64,000 nt of DNA from an uncultured Candidatus Saccharibacteria bacterium (GTDB taxonomy: Bacteria; Patescibacteriota; Minisyncoccia; Phycocordibacterales; UBA918), in NCBI GenBank assembly GCA_964626635.1, contig CAZVFY010000001.1, positions 112,498 to 176,497 of the forward strand, given 5' to 3'. Made by a program: the position numbers and the translations under genes. Under the pieces are notes generated by a model. That model was not told the DNA's origin. It searched no databases and worked only from the letters and a program-made list of their open reading frames with translations. This document shows, piece after piece, positions 1 through 13,200 of this stretch. Position 1 is the stretch's first letter, and the number at the start of each line of letters is the position of its first letter.

Positions 1-78
1 TCCAGTCACCGCTGCCAAGATCGAAACCTTGCCGGCAGTGCGGGCGTAGTGTGGAAGCTCTTTTTCGTTGTACTTCAT
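1..78 (-). CDS. hypothetical protein, N-terminal fragment only (gene continues beyond window start)
   Basis: ATG at 76-78 on the minus strand opens the frame MKYNEKELPHYARTAGKVSILAAVTG, which runs off the window edge. No recognisable family. Confidence 0.2.
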   Translation of the reverse strand, partial: MKYNEKELPHYARTAGKVSILAAVTG

Positions 79-172
79 AAATGACTATATTGCTTATTGC
101 TACTACATTGTACCGATCGGGTGCACGTGTTGCGTGCGGTTATACACACGAAAATCGTACAGTTGTTGATAA

Positions 173-1417
173 CTATTCGTAACGAATTGCATCCAGTGGG
201 TTCAAAGTCGACGCGCGTCGCGCTGGGAAAATTCCTGTCAAATACCCCACTCCGGCTGAAAATATTGCGATAAACAATAAGAAATCAAGCGGAAAGGCAA
301 ATAACGACACCGCCTGCCCCCCGTACCGACTAGCCACAAAGTTCAAAAATATATTGACTGCCCCACCCAGTATCACCCCCATCAAAATTCCAGTAATCCC
401 TCCCAAAAATCCTACTACTACTGATTCCGATACAAATAGGTACTTCACATCGTTAGGTGAGGCGCCAATGGTGCGCATAATACCAATCTCTTTAGTCCGC
501 TCCAGTAGGGTCACGGTCATGGTGTTAAACATGCCGATGGCAGACACAATTAATGCAATACCACCGAACACCGCCAATACCACCTGAATCCCTTGAAAAA
601 TTTGTGAGGCTTGCTCAACCGTTTTGGACAGAGCCGTCACACGGTAACCCTCTTCAACCAAGCGTTCTTCGACAAGGGGCAAGTTTTCGTTATCAATTAC
701 ATTCACCTGGATACGCTCAAATTCCTCAATACCAACGTACTGGCGCAGTTCAGGTAACATCATCAGCGCGTTGAGCACCCCCTCTTCTTTTGTAATACCT
801 CGCACCACGAACTCTTTGTCGATGGGGATCTCAGTCACATTGTCCGACCCATCTCCCGCTGGCACTAACAGGCGGAATGAGATCCGTTCCCCAATAAATG
901 ACTTAGCGTCTTCGTCCGCCACGCCAAATAGCTTGAGTACAGCCGGTGAAATCATCACGCTATTGGTGTCAGAAATGTCTTCTTCGAGGAACGTCTCACC
1001 GATACTAGGGGTGATACCAGCGTATCGTAGATACGCTGGTTCAGCCCCCTGCAAGAACAAATTACCAGTCAGCCCTTTGTACGTGACGAGCGCCGCGAAT
1101 CGCGCTAGCGGCGCCGCATCAACCACCGCTTCGTCGTCTTCGAATCGTTGCACGGTCTCTTGCGTCAGCGCGAGACCCTGCGCCCCAGTTGACGACACGC
1201 CGAGTGACAAAAGCGAGTCACCAAACACAATTTGTTCGAGAATAATCTGCTGTAACCCGAACCCTAATCCCACCAGAATCACTACTGCCCCAGTCCCGAC
1301 CCCCATACCCAAAATTGTCAGCCAAGTTCGCAACGGGTTGGTTTTAAACATTCTGGTGGATAACTGTGCTAAATCTTGAACTCTCATAAATAATATATTA
1401 GCCCTTATAGCTGACAT
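173..1417 (-). CDS. ABC transporter permease, FtsX/MacB family (4 TM, large extracytoplasmic domain between TM1 and TM2)
   Basis: Six-frame ORF of 414 aa. N-terminal FKTNPLRTWLTILGMGVGTGAVV motif typical of FtsX-like permeases, a ~200-aa extracytoplasmic domain, and three C-terminal TM helices. Overlaps the upstream ATPase gene by 20 nt; an alternative ATG at 1387 (MRVQDL) is possible. Confidence 0.8.
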   Translation of the reverse strand: MSAIRANILFMRVQDLAQLSTRMFKTNPLRTWLTILGMGVGTGAVVILVGLGFGLQQIILEQIVFGDSLLSLGVSSTGAQGLALTQETVQRFEDDEAVVDAAPLARFAALVTYKGLTGNLFLQGAEPAYLRYAGITPSIGETFLEEDISDTNSVMISPAVLKLFGVADEDAKSFIGERISFRLLVPAGDGSDNVTEIPIDKEFVVRGITKEEGVLNALMMLPELRQYVGIEEFERIQVNVIDNENLPLVEERLVEEGYRVTALSKTVEQASQIFQGIQVVLAVFGGIALIVSAIGMFNTMTVTLLERTKEIGIMRTIGASPNDVKYLFVSESVVVGFLGGITGILMGVILGGAVNIFLNFVASRYGGQAVSLFAFPLDFLLFIAIFSAGVGYLTGIFPARRASTLNPLDAIRYE

Positions 1418-2720
1418 CTACACCTTGAGCAATGATCTTCTCGAAATGTCTGGTCATATCGTCAGCCTCGCGCTCGCTAAGCCCCAAACCACCCGTGCGA
1501 ATTCCGCGCATGAGGCGGTTATTAAGCTCGAGCTCGTCACTCACACCGGTAACACGATCAGCAATTAAATCAGTCATATTGCTTTCCTGCTGTTTTGATA
1601 GCTTGATCCGGTGACCGTTAGCTAAGTGGTCACGCATACGCTCGGCCAGTTTGTCTTGGCTAAAGAAAATGTTGTCATTGTCTTTACGGGCTCTAAATCG
1701 ACGCACATCGTCGGCATCCTTGATCATCTTAGTCGCAATGCTGGCCATGCGACGCGCTTCGCGCTCGTCGACCTCGACCCCACCACGCTCTAACGGTTTG
1801 ACCAAGCTTTTGATAAATGCCTCACGTTCAATTCGGCCGGTGATGAACAAACCAATCGCGTGTTCAAGACGGCCGAGTTGTGTAAAGGTGTAGTCTTGCG
1901 TTAAATAGTTGACCATACTCTTGATTCGCCAAGTTTCAACTGAGTCGTACGGAAATAAACGAGCGAGCTGTTCTAACTCGGTGACAATCGTCTCGCCTTC
2001 ACGAACAGGCTTGATTTGTTTACGTTGCGGATTGACAACCTCGCGCAACACTTTACCGTCTTTGAGGTAATAGACGCGGTGCGCGTAGCTGAGGTGCGCC
2101 GCATTGTGAGACACCATAATGATCGTGCGGCGGTCAAACGTATTGATCTCATCGATCTTATCCATCACCTGCTGAGTGGATACTGAGTCGAGGTTGCCGG
2201 TCGGCTCATCGGCCAAGAGAATTTTGGGGTCGTTCACCATACTGCGCGACACCGAGACACGCTGCTGTTGCCCACCCGAGAGCATGGCTGGGATCTTGTG
2301 CGAGACGTGCCCTACCCCAAACCGATCCAATAGTGCTTGCGCGCGGCGATCGCGCTTTTGTTTGTCCGCATCACAAAAGATCATTGGCAGTGCCACATTA
2401 TCGAGCACAGACAGCGACATGATCAAGTTAAACTGCTGGAAAATAATTCCCATCATGTAGCGCTGAAAGTACACGCGCTCGGCCGGGGGATAGGCGTACA
2501 CATCGTCCCCTTTGACCAACAACGTCCCCTCGCCAGGCGGCAGACTACCCTGGATGGAATACATGAGGGTTGATTTACCGCAGCCAGACGGACCAAAGAG
2601 AATGATGTACTCACCCTCAAAAATATCCGTATTGACGCCAGACAATGCCTTGAATTCGTTGCTTTTGCCTTGGTTATAGATGATCGACAGATCACGCGCG
2701 ACGATGAGAGGTTTAGCCAT
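1398..2720 (-). CDS. ABC transporter ATP-binding protein (MacB/LolD-like) with an unusual ~200-aa helical C-terminal extension
   Basis: Walker A (GPSGCGKST), ABC signature ([13 protein letters not shown]) and Walker B ([12 protein letters not shown]). The ATG is confirmed at 2718-2720. The C-terminal ~210 aa beyond the ATPase fold has no match I recognise and carries two similar [15 protein letters not shown] / [16 protein letters not shown] segments. Confidence 0.85.
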   Translation of the reverse strand: MAKPLIVARDLSIIYNQGKSNEFKALSGVNTDIFEGEYIILFGPSGCGKSTLMYSIQGSLPPGEGTLLVKGDDVYAYPPAERVYFQRYMMGIIFQQFNLIMSLSVLDNVALPMIFCDADKQKRDRRAQALLDRFGVGHVSHKIPAMLSGGQQQRVSVSRSMVNDPKILLADEPTGNLDSVSTQQVMDKIDEINTFDRRTIIMVSHNAAHLSYAHRVYYLKDGKVLREVVNPQRKQIKPVREGETIVTELEQLARLFPYDSVETWRIKSMVNYLTQDYTFTQLGRLEHAIGLFITGRIEREAFIKSLVKPLERGGVEVDEREARRMASIATKMIKDADDVRRFRARKDNDNIFFSQDKLAERMRDHLANGHRIKLSKQQESNMTDLIADRVTGVSDELELNNRLMRGIRTGGLGLSEREADDMTRHFEKIIAQGVDVSYKG

Positions 2721-2723
2721 ACG

Positions 2724-4241
2724 TTAGCCGCCAATATTATTAACCCAGCCAAACGTCGACTCGAAGTTCTCAATGATAAGGTCAATAATGTTTTTTTCCT
2801 GAATTGGCGTAAACAATACGAACTTTTCAGATTCGACAATATTACCAGCTTCATCGGTACAATTAAGCCAAAACGTGTACACTGTCGCCGGAGCAAATTC
2901 AACGATCACTTCGACATGCGCGGTGTTAAATTCTAACACCTCTTTCTCTATTTCAATTTGCTCGCCCGCACCGCTGGCCCCCTCTTCATAAGTCATGACA
3001 CAGCTGGCAGGCTCATCAGTGATCCATTCAACAATTGTTTGGATGCGCGACTCGCTGCCAGGGAAGAGCGTTGATTCGTTGGTGACGTTTGAGATTACCG
3101 GTGGAGCGGTGTCGCGCACTGTAATAAACTGGATAGGTTGCGAGCGGACCCGGTCTCCCCCACTGTTTTCAGCTGTCACGAACGCGACGTAGCGCGTTCC
3201 CAGGGTCAGGTCGGCTAGGCGCATTTGGTGAGTGGTGGCAAGGGTCGGTCGGCCGACTGAGTTTTGCCCACCAGTGGTTTGGTCTTGGTACTCGACCAAC
3301 GCCTTGGTTGGGACATTAGTGTCCCACGCCAGGGTGGCGGCATTTTCTTCGACCTTAACGACACGGAGATTGCGGATTTCGGGGGCGGTAGCCTTGGTGG
3401 TGAACTCGAATACTCGTGATTCACCGGTAATATTAAATTCGTCTGTTGAGAGCACGCGGAACGAATAGTCAGTAAACGCCGATAGGCCGATCAACCGTAC
3501 CGAGTGTTCGGTCGTGTTGGGGCCAGTCGAACGTTGTGAGAACTCAAAATTGGTTCCATCAAAAGCACTGGATTCAGAAAATACTACCTCACTACTGGCC
3601 GCACGATCAGTCGTCCAGCTAATCACTGCAGCATTAGTTTCTGGTTCGACCGTTGGCGGTCCGACAATGGTCAGGTCTTCGGTGATACCTTCGACTGCCT
3701 TGGCAGTCTCGTTTATAATCTCTTGTAATTGCTGGACGTCTTGGATTTCTTTGATGTCTTCGATCAATTCTTGTACGTCTACCACCTCGTCCACTTGTCC
3801 TGGTCCGACATCGACACCTTCCCCGTCACCGGCCGCTTGACCAGCACCCTCTCCATCGCCTGTCTGCGGCGTGCCGCCAGTGGTGACACGGTAGTCCGCC
3901 GAGATCCCCTGGTTGCCGTCTTCGTCAGACGAGACGACCCGAAAATAATACGTGCGTCCAGGTTCGAGATTATCCAGCGTCACGGAATGTTCCGTGCGGT
4001 CAGCTGTCGGAATACGAGCGATCCCGAGATCGGGTTGCAGACTATAGTTAACTGCCGAATCGGCGTCTTCGTCCGTGGTCCAGGTCACCGTGACCGAGTC
4101 TTCAGAGACATCAACGATCTGTAAATCAGTGATTTCGGGAGCCTCGCGATCACTTGACTGCGCCGTCAGCGTTGATGGATACGACCAAAGCACGAGCGCG
4201 CACATGCACAAAAATGAACTAAGCGAGAACACCCCCTTCAT
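2724..4241 (-). CDS. secreted protein with multiple fibronectin type III-like domains and an acidic linker
   Basis: The six-frame ORF is 2724..4535, but the signal peptide begins at the internal ATG 4239-4241 (MKGVFSLSSFLCMCALVLWSYPSTLTAQS). This start leaves a 46-nt gap after the giant gene stop. Repeated TVTWTT...YYFRV and AVISWTT...YSFRV FN3-like motifs. Confidence 0.6.
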   Translation of the reverse strand: MKGVFSLSSFLCMCALVLWSYPSTLTAQSSDREAPEITDLQIVDVSEDSVTVTWTTDEDADSAVNYSLQPDLGIARIPTADRTEHSVTLDNLEPGRTYYFRVVSSDEDGNQGISADYRVTTGGTPQTGDGEGAGQAAGDGEGVDVGPGQVDEVVDVQELIEDIKEIQDVQQLQEIINETAKAVEGITEDLTIVGPPTVEPETNAAVISWTTDRAASSEVVFSESSAFDGTNFEFSQRSTGPNTTEHSVRLIGLSAFTDYSFRVLSTDEFNITGESRVFEFTTKATAPEIRNLRVVKVEENAATLAWDTNVPTKALVEYQDQTTGGQNSVGRPTLATTHQMRLADLTLGTRYVAFVTAENSGGDRVRSQPIQFITVRDTAPPVISNVTNESTLFPGSESRIQTIVEWITDEPASCVMTYEEGASGAGEQIEIEKEVLEFNTAHVEVIVEFAPATVYTFWLNCTDEAGNIVESEKFVLFTPIQEKNIIDLIIENFESTFGWVNNIGG

Positions 4242-4287
4242 ATGTATTATGCTAGCACGCGCCACCCTTCCGAACGGCGCTAGTCCA

Positions 4288-7200
4288 CTAATCCGGGACC
4301 GCGGTAAAGGTATTGACGCCCGTGTGTGGGTTCGAGGCAGTACCAAATGGTACTTCGATACCCCAGAAGATTTGATCGGTGGTCGGCGGGTCAGTTGCCA
4401 CTGGTTTAGGCAGATCAACCTCGACATTAGTCCCAAGCACCGATAGCGTCGCACACCCCAGACACGCAGCATAATTGAACGAGCTGGTCGCAAATCGTTG
4501 CTGCCCGGCCGGGATGACTGAGGCAATACCGTCACTCATGTCTGTTCCAGCGACCTGCACGTCAATGTTCTCGTTTCCAACATTGATCAGATCGACATTG
4601 GGGTTATTGGTGCCCGTATCCTGAGCCACGTCGACCGTACCGTAGGCGATAGCATTCTGTACGTCGAGCGCGCGTAGTGTCAGCAGTTCGACCCCCATTG
4701 AAGAGCGCAGATCTGCCGCGCCGCTCTGGTCACTGACTTCGATGAATGCAAACCACTCTTCCCCGGCATCAAAGTCAGTTGGGTCGGCATGGTACACCAT
4801 CGGTATTGTACACTGCAAACTACATGAATTACCCGTACACGCGGTAAAGCTACACGTACTGGTTGCAATGTAACAATCATTATCATTCGGCGTACAGTTA
4901 CTGTTGGCGGTGGTTTTGTAGAACGTAGTCGTAGCGCTCGCCAGATCAGCCACCCCGTTAAAGTCAGTGACCGTAGTCGACGCAGTGATCAGGGTAGTAG
5001 TACCAGCCGTCAACTGGATATCTAGTCCGTCATTGAGCGAGACTTCTGAGATCACCGGATCAAACGCGAGCGTTAGTTCAGGCAGGTTATTGTACGCGTC
5101 CAGTTCGTCCCCGCTGTCTGTCACGCGGAAACAATACGCGTCATTCGCAGCGCTGGTTGTCAGGGTGAGCGCGTATTCCAGTTCGGTGTAACGATTTTGT
5201 CCCAAATTGAGATTGTTAGAGCGATTGCCTGTATTCGACACAATTTCTCCGGCCGAGAAGTCACCCGCATCAGTGACCAAATGATCAGAGGTAGCGTCCC
5301 CATTAGATACCTCAGTAGAATTAGCCATACAAATAGCACTGGTGCCACAAGAAGCGACCGTTGGCACCGGTGCGTAATTAGTCGCTGGAACGGCTTCACA
5401 GGTGGCAGCAGTGAGTTTCGGTGCAAACTCGATCTCGAAATTCTGGTTCTCGATTGGCAATCCGGTGTTTTCGATCCCCACTCGGAGTCGCGCCACCGAC
5501 CCAAAGCTAAAGCCGCCAGTTGGAGTATTTTGATCGCCGGCCCAGGTAGCGCCACCGTCTAGTTGCTCGTCACCTAGATATACCGTTGGGAGCGCGCCGA
5601 TACGCGGGTACGCTACGTACGAATCCCACCCGCCGTGTTGGAACCAGTAGGTAAAGCCGATGCCGCCGCTACTGTACGTTGTATCTATTGCTGATAGATC
5701 TGCTATTAATGTGCCATTAATGTCATACATCGCTACCTGCATCGCCCCATCGACACGCCAATCAATTACAAACTCATACCAACCTGTAGTAAAGATGGCC
5801 GAAGATGATTCTAAGATTGTACCGCTCGCCTCAGTATCGACCACGTCACGGACGAGTGATATGCGATCAACACCTGGCTGCTGTACACAAAGACCATAAT
5901 TATTATTATCTTGCATTTGTGATTGTACCGCAAATAACGTACAGACTTCATCGTTTGCTCCAGCCGAAGTATCAATGTACTGCATGTAGCGAATCGTCTG
6001 CCCTGCGCTGACGGTCACACCGTCCCGCGCAATACCGTCAGTCGCCCGCTGCTGTTCATTACCGTCCGTATCCAATCCCAGCGCGCCTCCAAACGCGAAG
6101 CTGTTACCAATATTGAACAAACTAATATCACCATCGTACGGCGTTAAGCCACTGCTCTCAAAATCTTCGACCGTATCAAACACCTGATCCGCATCGCTAC
6201 TGCTGTTGGCAGCGAGATTACCGTAGTACAAGTAAAATTCAGTCACGTCATCATTAAGGGCTGGCGCCTGGAACCAGACCGTTGCGTCCACCCCACTTTG
6301 GAAGCGTTCAATCCAGTGTGGGGTGATACTGACTCCGTCTGCTAACGTCACGCGAACATCATCAAAGTCAGTCTGCATATCAGCATCGTAAATCACTGGC
6401 AACTTAACCGCAGTAGTCGCGACGGCAGTCGGATTATTGTTGACAACACGGATACGCTGCCGCTGCCCCCAATCATCGTCGTACCAGGTACCAGTAGGGG
6501 CACCCTCACCCCCATCGTCGTTACGCCAGCGGTAGTTAGATTGCTCGATCAAGAGACATTCACTATCATCCCAGCGCACAGAACTACAAAGATCAGTACC
6601 GTCAATATCAAATGCTTCACCCCACAGATCGCCGATCGCGCCGGTAAAATTCCATGAATTTGTGGTAGTTGCGCTGAGATTGACGTTTACTCCGCCACTG
6701 AATCCACCCGCGTTAAACGCGGTGTCAGTCACGACCAAGTTCGGGTTAGAGTTAATCGTGATCGGTGTCAGGGTGATCAATGACGCACCATCACTCGTCT
6801 GCGTGAACGATCCGTTACTGAGTGATGTCACTCCGACTCCTAACAGCAGCTGTAGTCCGTCGCTGTCGATGTTTGTGATGTCATAGAATTCGGCGTTGAG
6901 GGTACCGGCTTGGGCAATCAAGGCGTACTGCCCAGTCCCCTGATTTGTGATCGTGGTAGTCGCGCCAGTCACCCCGAGAATATTGAGTACGCCACCATCC
7001 AGTATCACACTACTACTGCTCGCGATGCGAACCGTCACCGGTCGGTCAGAGATGTTGGCGCCGTCAAAGTCAGTGGCCGCACTCCAATGCTCGGTCGTGG
7101 TCGCGATGGTGTAGGAACCATAGATATTGAGTGCGCCATCGCTTCCGGCATGATCTTGAGAATACAGAGATGATGAGAGTGGGACGCTTGTGGTTGCAGC

Positions 7201-10200
7201 ACTACTGTTCCAGAAGGAAATATTACTGTTTGCACCGATCTGCAATGTGCCATACGTTTCTGTCGCAGTTGTTTTGACGCCGACTTCGTATCTATTGGCG
7301 CCGTCGAGAACTAAAGTGGTATCGGTCCAGGTAGTGGCAGCGCCGCCGACCGTATTACTGAACACTCCGCCAACGTAAACGCTACTATCCGGCGCCACCG
7401 TAAAACCGCCTGCGGTTTGCAAACTGAAATTGTTGGTCGTGGTGGCAGACCCGACTAATGTCCACGCTCCCGAACCAGCAACTACGAGGTTATTGAAGTC
7501 ATTGTCATTTCCTGTGTCAATAAACAGGCCGCTCGTTGCACCATTGAGGAGAATCGTTCCGCCATTATTATTGAACGTACCGCCAGACACATCGAATGAC
7601 TGTCCCACTGCTAGCGTGCCTGAGCCAGAGGTAAATACACCATTAGTAAGGGTCAGGCTACCTAGCAGTGTCGCGTCCGAGTCGGTTAACGTATAATCAC
7701 CGCCCGCCGCGCTGATCTGCACAGTACCGGCATCATCACCGCCAAGGGTTAGCTCGTTCCCACCAGCAGTATCAGTCAACAAGAGCGTACCGCCATTGTG
7801 GGCAATCGTGCTGCTGGCAATAAAGTTACCCGCCACCTCGAGCGTACCACTTGGGAGAGTGACTAATCCGCTGCTGATAATAATGTCATCAGTGGTGGTG
7901 GAATTTGTATCAAGAAACGCCCAGCTCCCCGATCCTGTAAACTCCACGCGATTAGCTGCAGAACCTCCAAACTGTATGTGTTGATTGGCCTCAATACTAT
8001 CGAGCACAAGCGCTCCAGCATTTGCATTAAAGCTTCCACCAGTGTTGACAAATGATCCCGATACCGTTGTGGTAGCCGCTGGTAAAGTTAATGTCCCACG
8101 GTTAATTATCAGATCCTGATTGATGTCACCCTCGGAATCAATTATGGTCCAACTACCAAGCCCATCGAGTACGAGCGAATGGAAACCAGAGTCATTAGTA
8201 TCAATCGTCCGTCCAGTCGCGCTACTGGTGAACGTAGTGGTCGATGTTTCAGCATCGAAGGTTGCTGCACTGTCAGACAGCAAGCTGCCGCCGATACTGT
8301 ATGCGTGCGTTCCACCGTCGAACGTGGCGCCAGCAAATAGTTCGAGTGATCCGCTGTGGGTTGCGATGCTGCCGCCCGGCAGTATCACATCGCCACCCGG
8401 AGCAAAAATCTTGTCATTCCAAATAATTAGACCCGTATCAGCCGCCAGTGTCAGGGTGTCAACCGCACCCGTTGTTGCGGTAAACGGAATATCCGAGTCA
8501 TTGCTACTATCGTAGACACTCATGGCTTCAATAGTCATTGGATCACTGCTCTCGTGACGGACGATCACGTGTGATTCGTATAGGTCTAGATTGCCGATCA
8601 GTGAAATTGGGTCTTTGGTCACGGTTGCTGCCTCGGTTCCGGCATCATTGATATAGACGGTTAGCGTATCACTCGGCCCGAATCCAATCCCCGGGAACGT
8701 GTACTCACCAGTCGTAGCATTACACGTAGTAGACGCAAACGTCAGACCTTGGATGCTTAAGCGAATGTTCGGTGTACTACCATTACATACGTTTGACACG
8801 GTAGTGCGATCTGCTTCGTACACTCGCCCAGTCACATCAATAATTGCAGCTGAATCTTCCCACACGATCGAGCCTGGGTCCCCACCAGCATCTGGGTCGG
8901 CGTCGAACGCTTCTCCCACCAAGTTTCCGAAGGCATTCACGAATCGCCACGAACTGACCGGTGTCCCCGTTGCCTTAACATTGACTGCGGCCCCTCCAGA
9001 AGCATTTGAGAATCCATTACCGGTAAAGTTACGCGCCTGGTTCGCATTGATGACACTGGCGCCGACTGTGATTCCTGATGCGCCAATCGTCGGACTGACA
9101 AAATCCCCGTGTGACAGCTCAATGATAGTTGGAGTACCAGCCAGCACCAATCCGTCGCTCGTCACGTCGCGCACCACGTAATGGTGCAAGTCAACTGTCG
9201 TCGTACCACCCAGCGTGAGATCAAAGGTGCCAGTGCCACCCAGCACCCCAATAGTTGTGCTCGCGGTCGAAGTGCCCGCCGCTGTCAGCGCACCGCCGGT
9301 ATACAAGACTGATCCACCGTTTTCGACCAACACATTGGCAATACGCTCGGTCGCTAGCGATGCACCATCCCAGTCCCGGGCATAGCTCCAGTGATCGTTG
9401 AAACTATCACTCCGCAAATCACCATAAATATGCAAATCACCGATCACTTGATCATGATCCATTGAGTACAACGAGCTGCCGGGCTCGGTCGTAATGGCCG
9501 CGTAATCAGAATTCCAGAAGCGCGGCTGCGTCGAAGACGAGACGCGAACTGTCGCGTAGTCGTCTGCGTCCAGCTTGTCGTTCACTACATACGCGCCACC
9601 ACCGAACAAATGGAGGGTTGATCCGGTCCAGGTGGTTAGTGCATTATCAAGCTGATTCCTGAACTCACCGCCGACAGCTAGTTGCTCCGCACTGTTAACC
9701 GTCACACTACCGCTCAGTAGCCGAGTGTCGTTAGTGGACGTCGCTGATTCGCTAAAGACAAAGTCACCTGCCCCAGCAATATCCAGGTCATAAAAGGCTG
9801 AGTCACCAGCATTGATCGCCACGGTACCCGTCGCATTTAGTAATTCGACCAATCCACCGTTCGCGATAAACTGCCCGTCATTAGTCCAACCGCCAAAGAC
9901 GTTAATTGGAGTGACGGCACTGGCGACCAGCGTTCCATTGGTGCCGATTACCAGGTCTTGGTTGACACCAAGAGTTGGATTGTTGGTATCGAGTCGCAGT
10001 GTCGAAGAACCAGTCTGTCCAATCTGCAGATCACCGAGCACTTGCAAACCAGTCGCCGGCGCGGTCGCGAGTGTGGTGCTACCGACGCCAGCGTCGATCT
10101 GCAGGTCATAGTAGGCCGTTTGGGTTACGTTTGGTGTGACTCCGCTATAACGGATGGTAGCCGTGTCTTCAAGGAAGGTGCCTTGCTCATCAAATACAGT

Positions 10201-13200
10201 ACCACTGCCAGTTAGATTCCAGCTGGTCGACCCCGCATCCAAGAAGTGGCCGCTGGCAATACGCAACTGATTGTTAATCGTCGTGACGACGCTCCCAGTC
10301 GCGGGGGTGGTGACTCCCGCTACTGCGCCACTACCAAATGTTAGGTTATAGAATGACCATGGGGTTGCGCTGCCGAAAGTATTGTCACTCCCAAGCGTCA
10401 CCGTGCCGTCAATCATATCTACCACCCCGGCCCCACTAAGGTCGCCATTTTCAACCGTTAGATCACTGACCCCAGTCAGTGTGCCGCTATTGACGGCGAC
10501 ATCGGTGTCCACTATTAGTGGGGTTTGCAGTGCATACATGCCGCTGCCAGCAAAGATTACGTCATGTATCGCAATCGTCGAGCTGCCAACCGCGCTAATA
10601 GAAACGGGATTGCTGGCACCAAATGTGACCGTACTAGAAGCACCACTGTACACCCCACCCGCATCTACATAAAACGAGCCGCCAACCGCTAGCCCATCAG
10701 TCGTGGTCGATAGATACGTAGCACTTTGGCCAATCCGGAATGACCCATCAGCAATGGTGCTACCTGCACCAGACAGCGTGACCGGTCCACCCGGGGTGAA
10801 TGTCTTGCCGTCAAACACCGCCAATCCATTGCCTGCTAACACCGTCAAACTATCAGGACTGGTGCCGATTACAAATGGTACGTCACTGTCATCAGTGTTA
10901 TCGAACAGATTCATATCGCTAATGGTTAGCGGGTCGCTGTCTTCATGACGTACGACTACGTGATCCTGGTACAGGTTCATATTGCGGATGGCGTTGGCAA
11001 CCGAGATCCGTTCTGGACGCAACGCTATTTGGATGGTGTGGGTTTCGTCGCCGCCACCTATACTAGAAATCATAACGTCACCGGTCGACCCAACAACGGC
11101 TTGTTGGCGATTGAGTACTGTGAGGTTACGCTGCGTTGTGCCGACTTGCAAATTTCGCACACGAATTTGCCAAGGGAGCGATGGTACATCGACGCTCAAT
11201 TCTGGCAACACGAACCAGGCAGCAATAATTTCGGCACCACCTGAAACAGTGGTCACACTTGGAGCCGCCGGAGTCGAATCATCGACTCGCTTGACCCAAG
11301 CGGCCGGCGCATCAACGACGACGTCTGTATCGACATTGTCATATGAGCCGATCCAGTAGGAGTGTTCCTGGGTGTTAACACCATTACTAATGAAGTCATA
11401 TGCAGCCGGTTCACTGGCAGCATTCGTCACGATGCGGTACCACGCACCCGTAAAGATATCGTTCTGCGTCGTATCAGCCAGGGTCGAGATCGCTGTCCAA
11501 CCAGCTGGCGGAGTAATTTCCGGATCATCCTCTTTCCCGATGATTGCAATCAGCACATCACCGTCTTGGGTGGCCGGACGAGTCAACGCGAGCGTACCGC
11601 CGGCGACCACGTTTTCTGCTCCAGACGCTTCGCCAGTCAAGGTAATAGTTTCAAAGGTGTCACCAGTTGCGCCGATTGGCGTCTTGGTGATGGCGGCTGC
11701 AGTGGCCGTGCCGCTGGCAGTTGCACCGGTGGCCGCGCGCATAGCAAACGTGATCACGTGCGGGTCACGACCACCATTGACACCAACTGCTTCGAGCGGA
11801 TCGGTGGCTCCAGCGACCGCTAACCGTTGCGATACTACATTAAAGTTGTTATTATCAGCGTTAGGTACATACTCTGTGTGCGTCACGAAATCTGGACTAG
11901 TTGGATAATCGACAGCGGCATCGTTATCAACAAACCAAGACGACAATACTAAACCTCCCGCCGCAGTCGTCGTGACGCTCGGCACGGCCGGTGTTTGATC
12001 ATCAACTAATTGTGTTACCCCACTACTGACATCGAGTGGGTTGGTAGTATCGACGTTAACAAGTGCACCAATCCAATACTGATACCGCTCATTGTTATCA
12101 ACCGTAGTAAATGTGTAGTTGGCCGGCTCGGCACTAGCGTCGCTGACAACACGATACCAAACACCAGTATAAATATCGTCGTCTGCCCCAGTACCAGCCC
12201 CAGCGATTTGGGTCCAACCGGCCGGCGGCGTGATCGCCGGGTCGTCGTCTTTGCTGATGATAGCTACAAGCACTGAACCGTCAATTGCTTCCGGTCGCGT
12301 AACGGTAAAGTCGGGTTGCGATACGCCAATACCGGTTACCTCCGACATGATTTCTGCCTGCACAAAACTGTTGTTCGGCGCTGTACTCTCGAGATACGTG
12401 GCCAGTTTTGGCTCACCGGTGTAACTGATGCCCGTGACAGTATACGACCCATCTAGCGGGCTACATGGAGCCCGGTACGTAGTGATGCCATCGACTACCA
12501 CTGTGACAACCTCGGTGACACCGTTACATACTGGGGCACTCATCGGCGTAACGGTATCAGCCTGGAATATCGTACCAGAGACAGCAATATTAAATGAACT
12601 ATCAGACCACTGAATGGCACCTGGATCACCATCATCATTATCAAATGACTCACCGTAGCGGTTGCCAGTACCAGTTTTGAATATCCAGAAGGCTGCGGGG
12701 ATGTCGTCAAGTGTGACATTGTGTGGTGCACCGGTGACAGTCGAGAACGCAATGTGGTTCAATTCACGCGATGGATCGGCTTCGATGGTCGCAGCATCAA
12801 TGGTCAAGGCAGTGCCCGTTGCAATCGCAAACTCGATGTCGGTAAAAGTGCCGAGCGTCGCACCGTCACGCAACTGCACCCCAGCCACATCGGTATTGGT
12901 CACTTCGAGATAGCGAGCATCGATAGTGCTGCCGCTCAGGACGGTGCTGTAGTTACCCGCCAAGGCGTCGACGGTGGAGCTCGCCGTCGCCGAACCAAGC
13001 GCAGACAGAGCCGATGTACTGGCGATGCGCACGACACCGCCGTTCGCCACCCTTACTTGCGCGGCTCTCTCACTTCCACCAGTTAGATCAGTACCGTCGA
13101 AATCTGTCGCGTAGCTCCAGTGTTCTGTACCACTAGTACGGTCGTACTGGCCATAGATGCGCAGTAGGCCATCGGTGCCACCGTAGTCAGGCATGTAAAT

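Noticed and set aside
354-1379. Three plus-strand ORFs (354-587, 553-774, 771-1379) inside the FtsX-like permease gene
   Set aside because: They are antisense to a well-supported permease CDS. They are Ser/Thr/Pro-rich composition artefacts with no start context.
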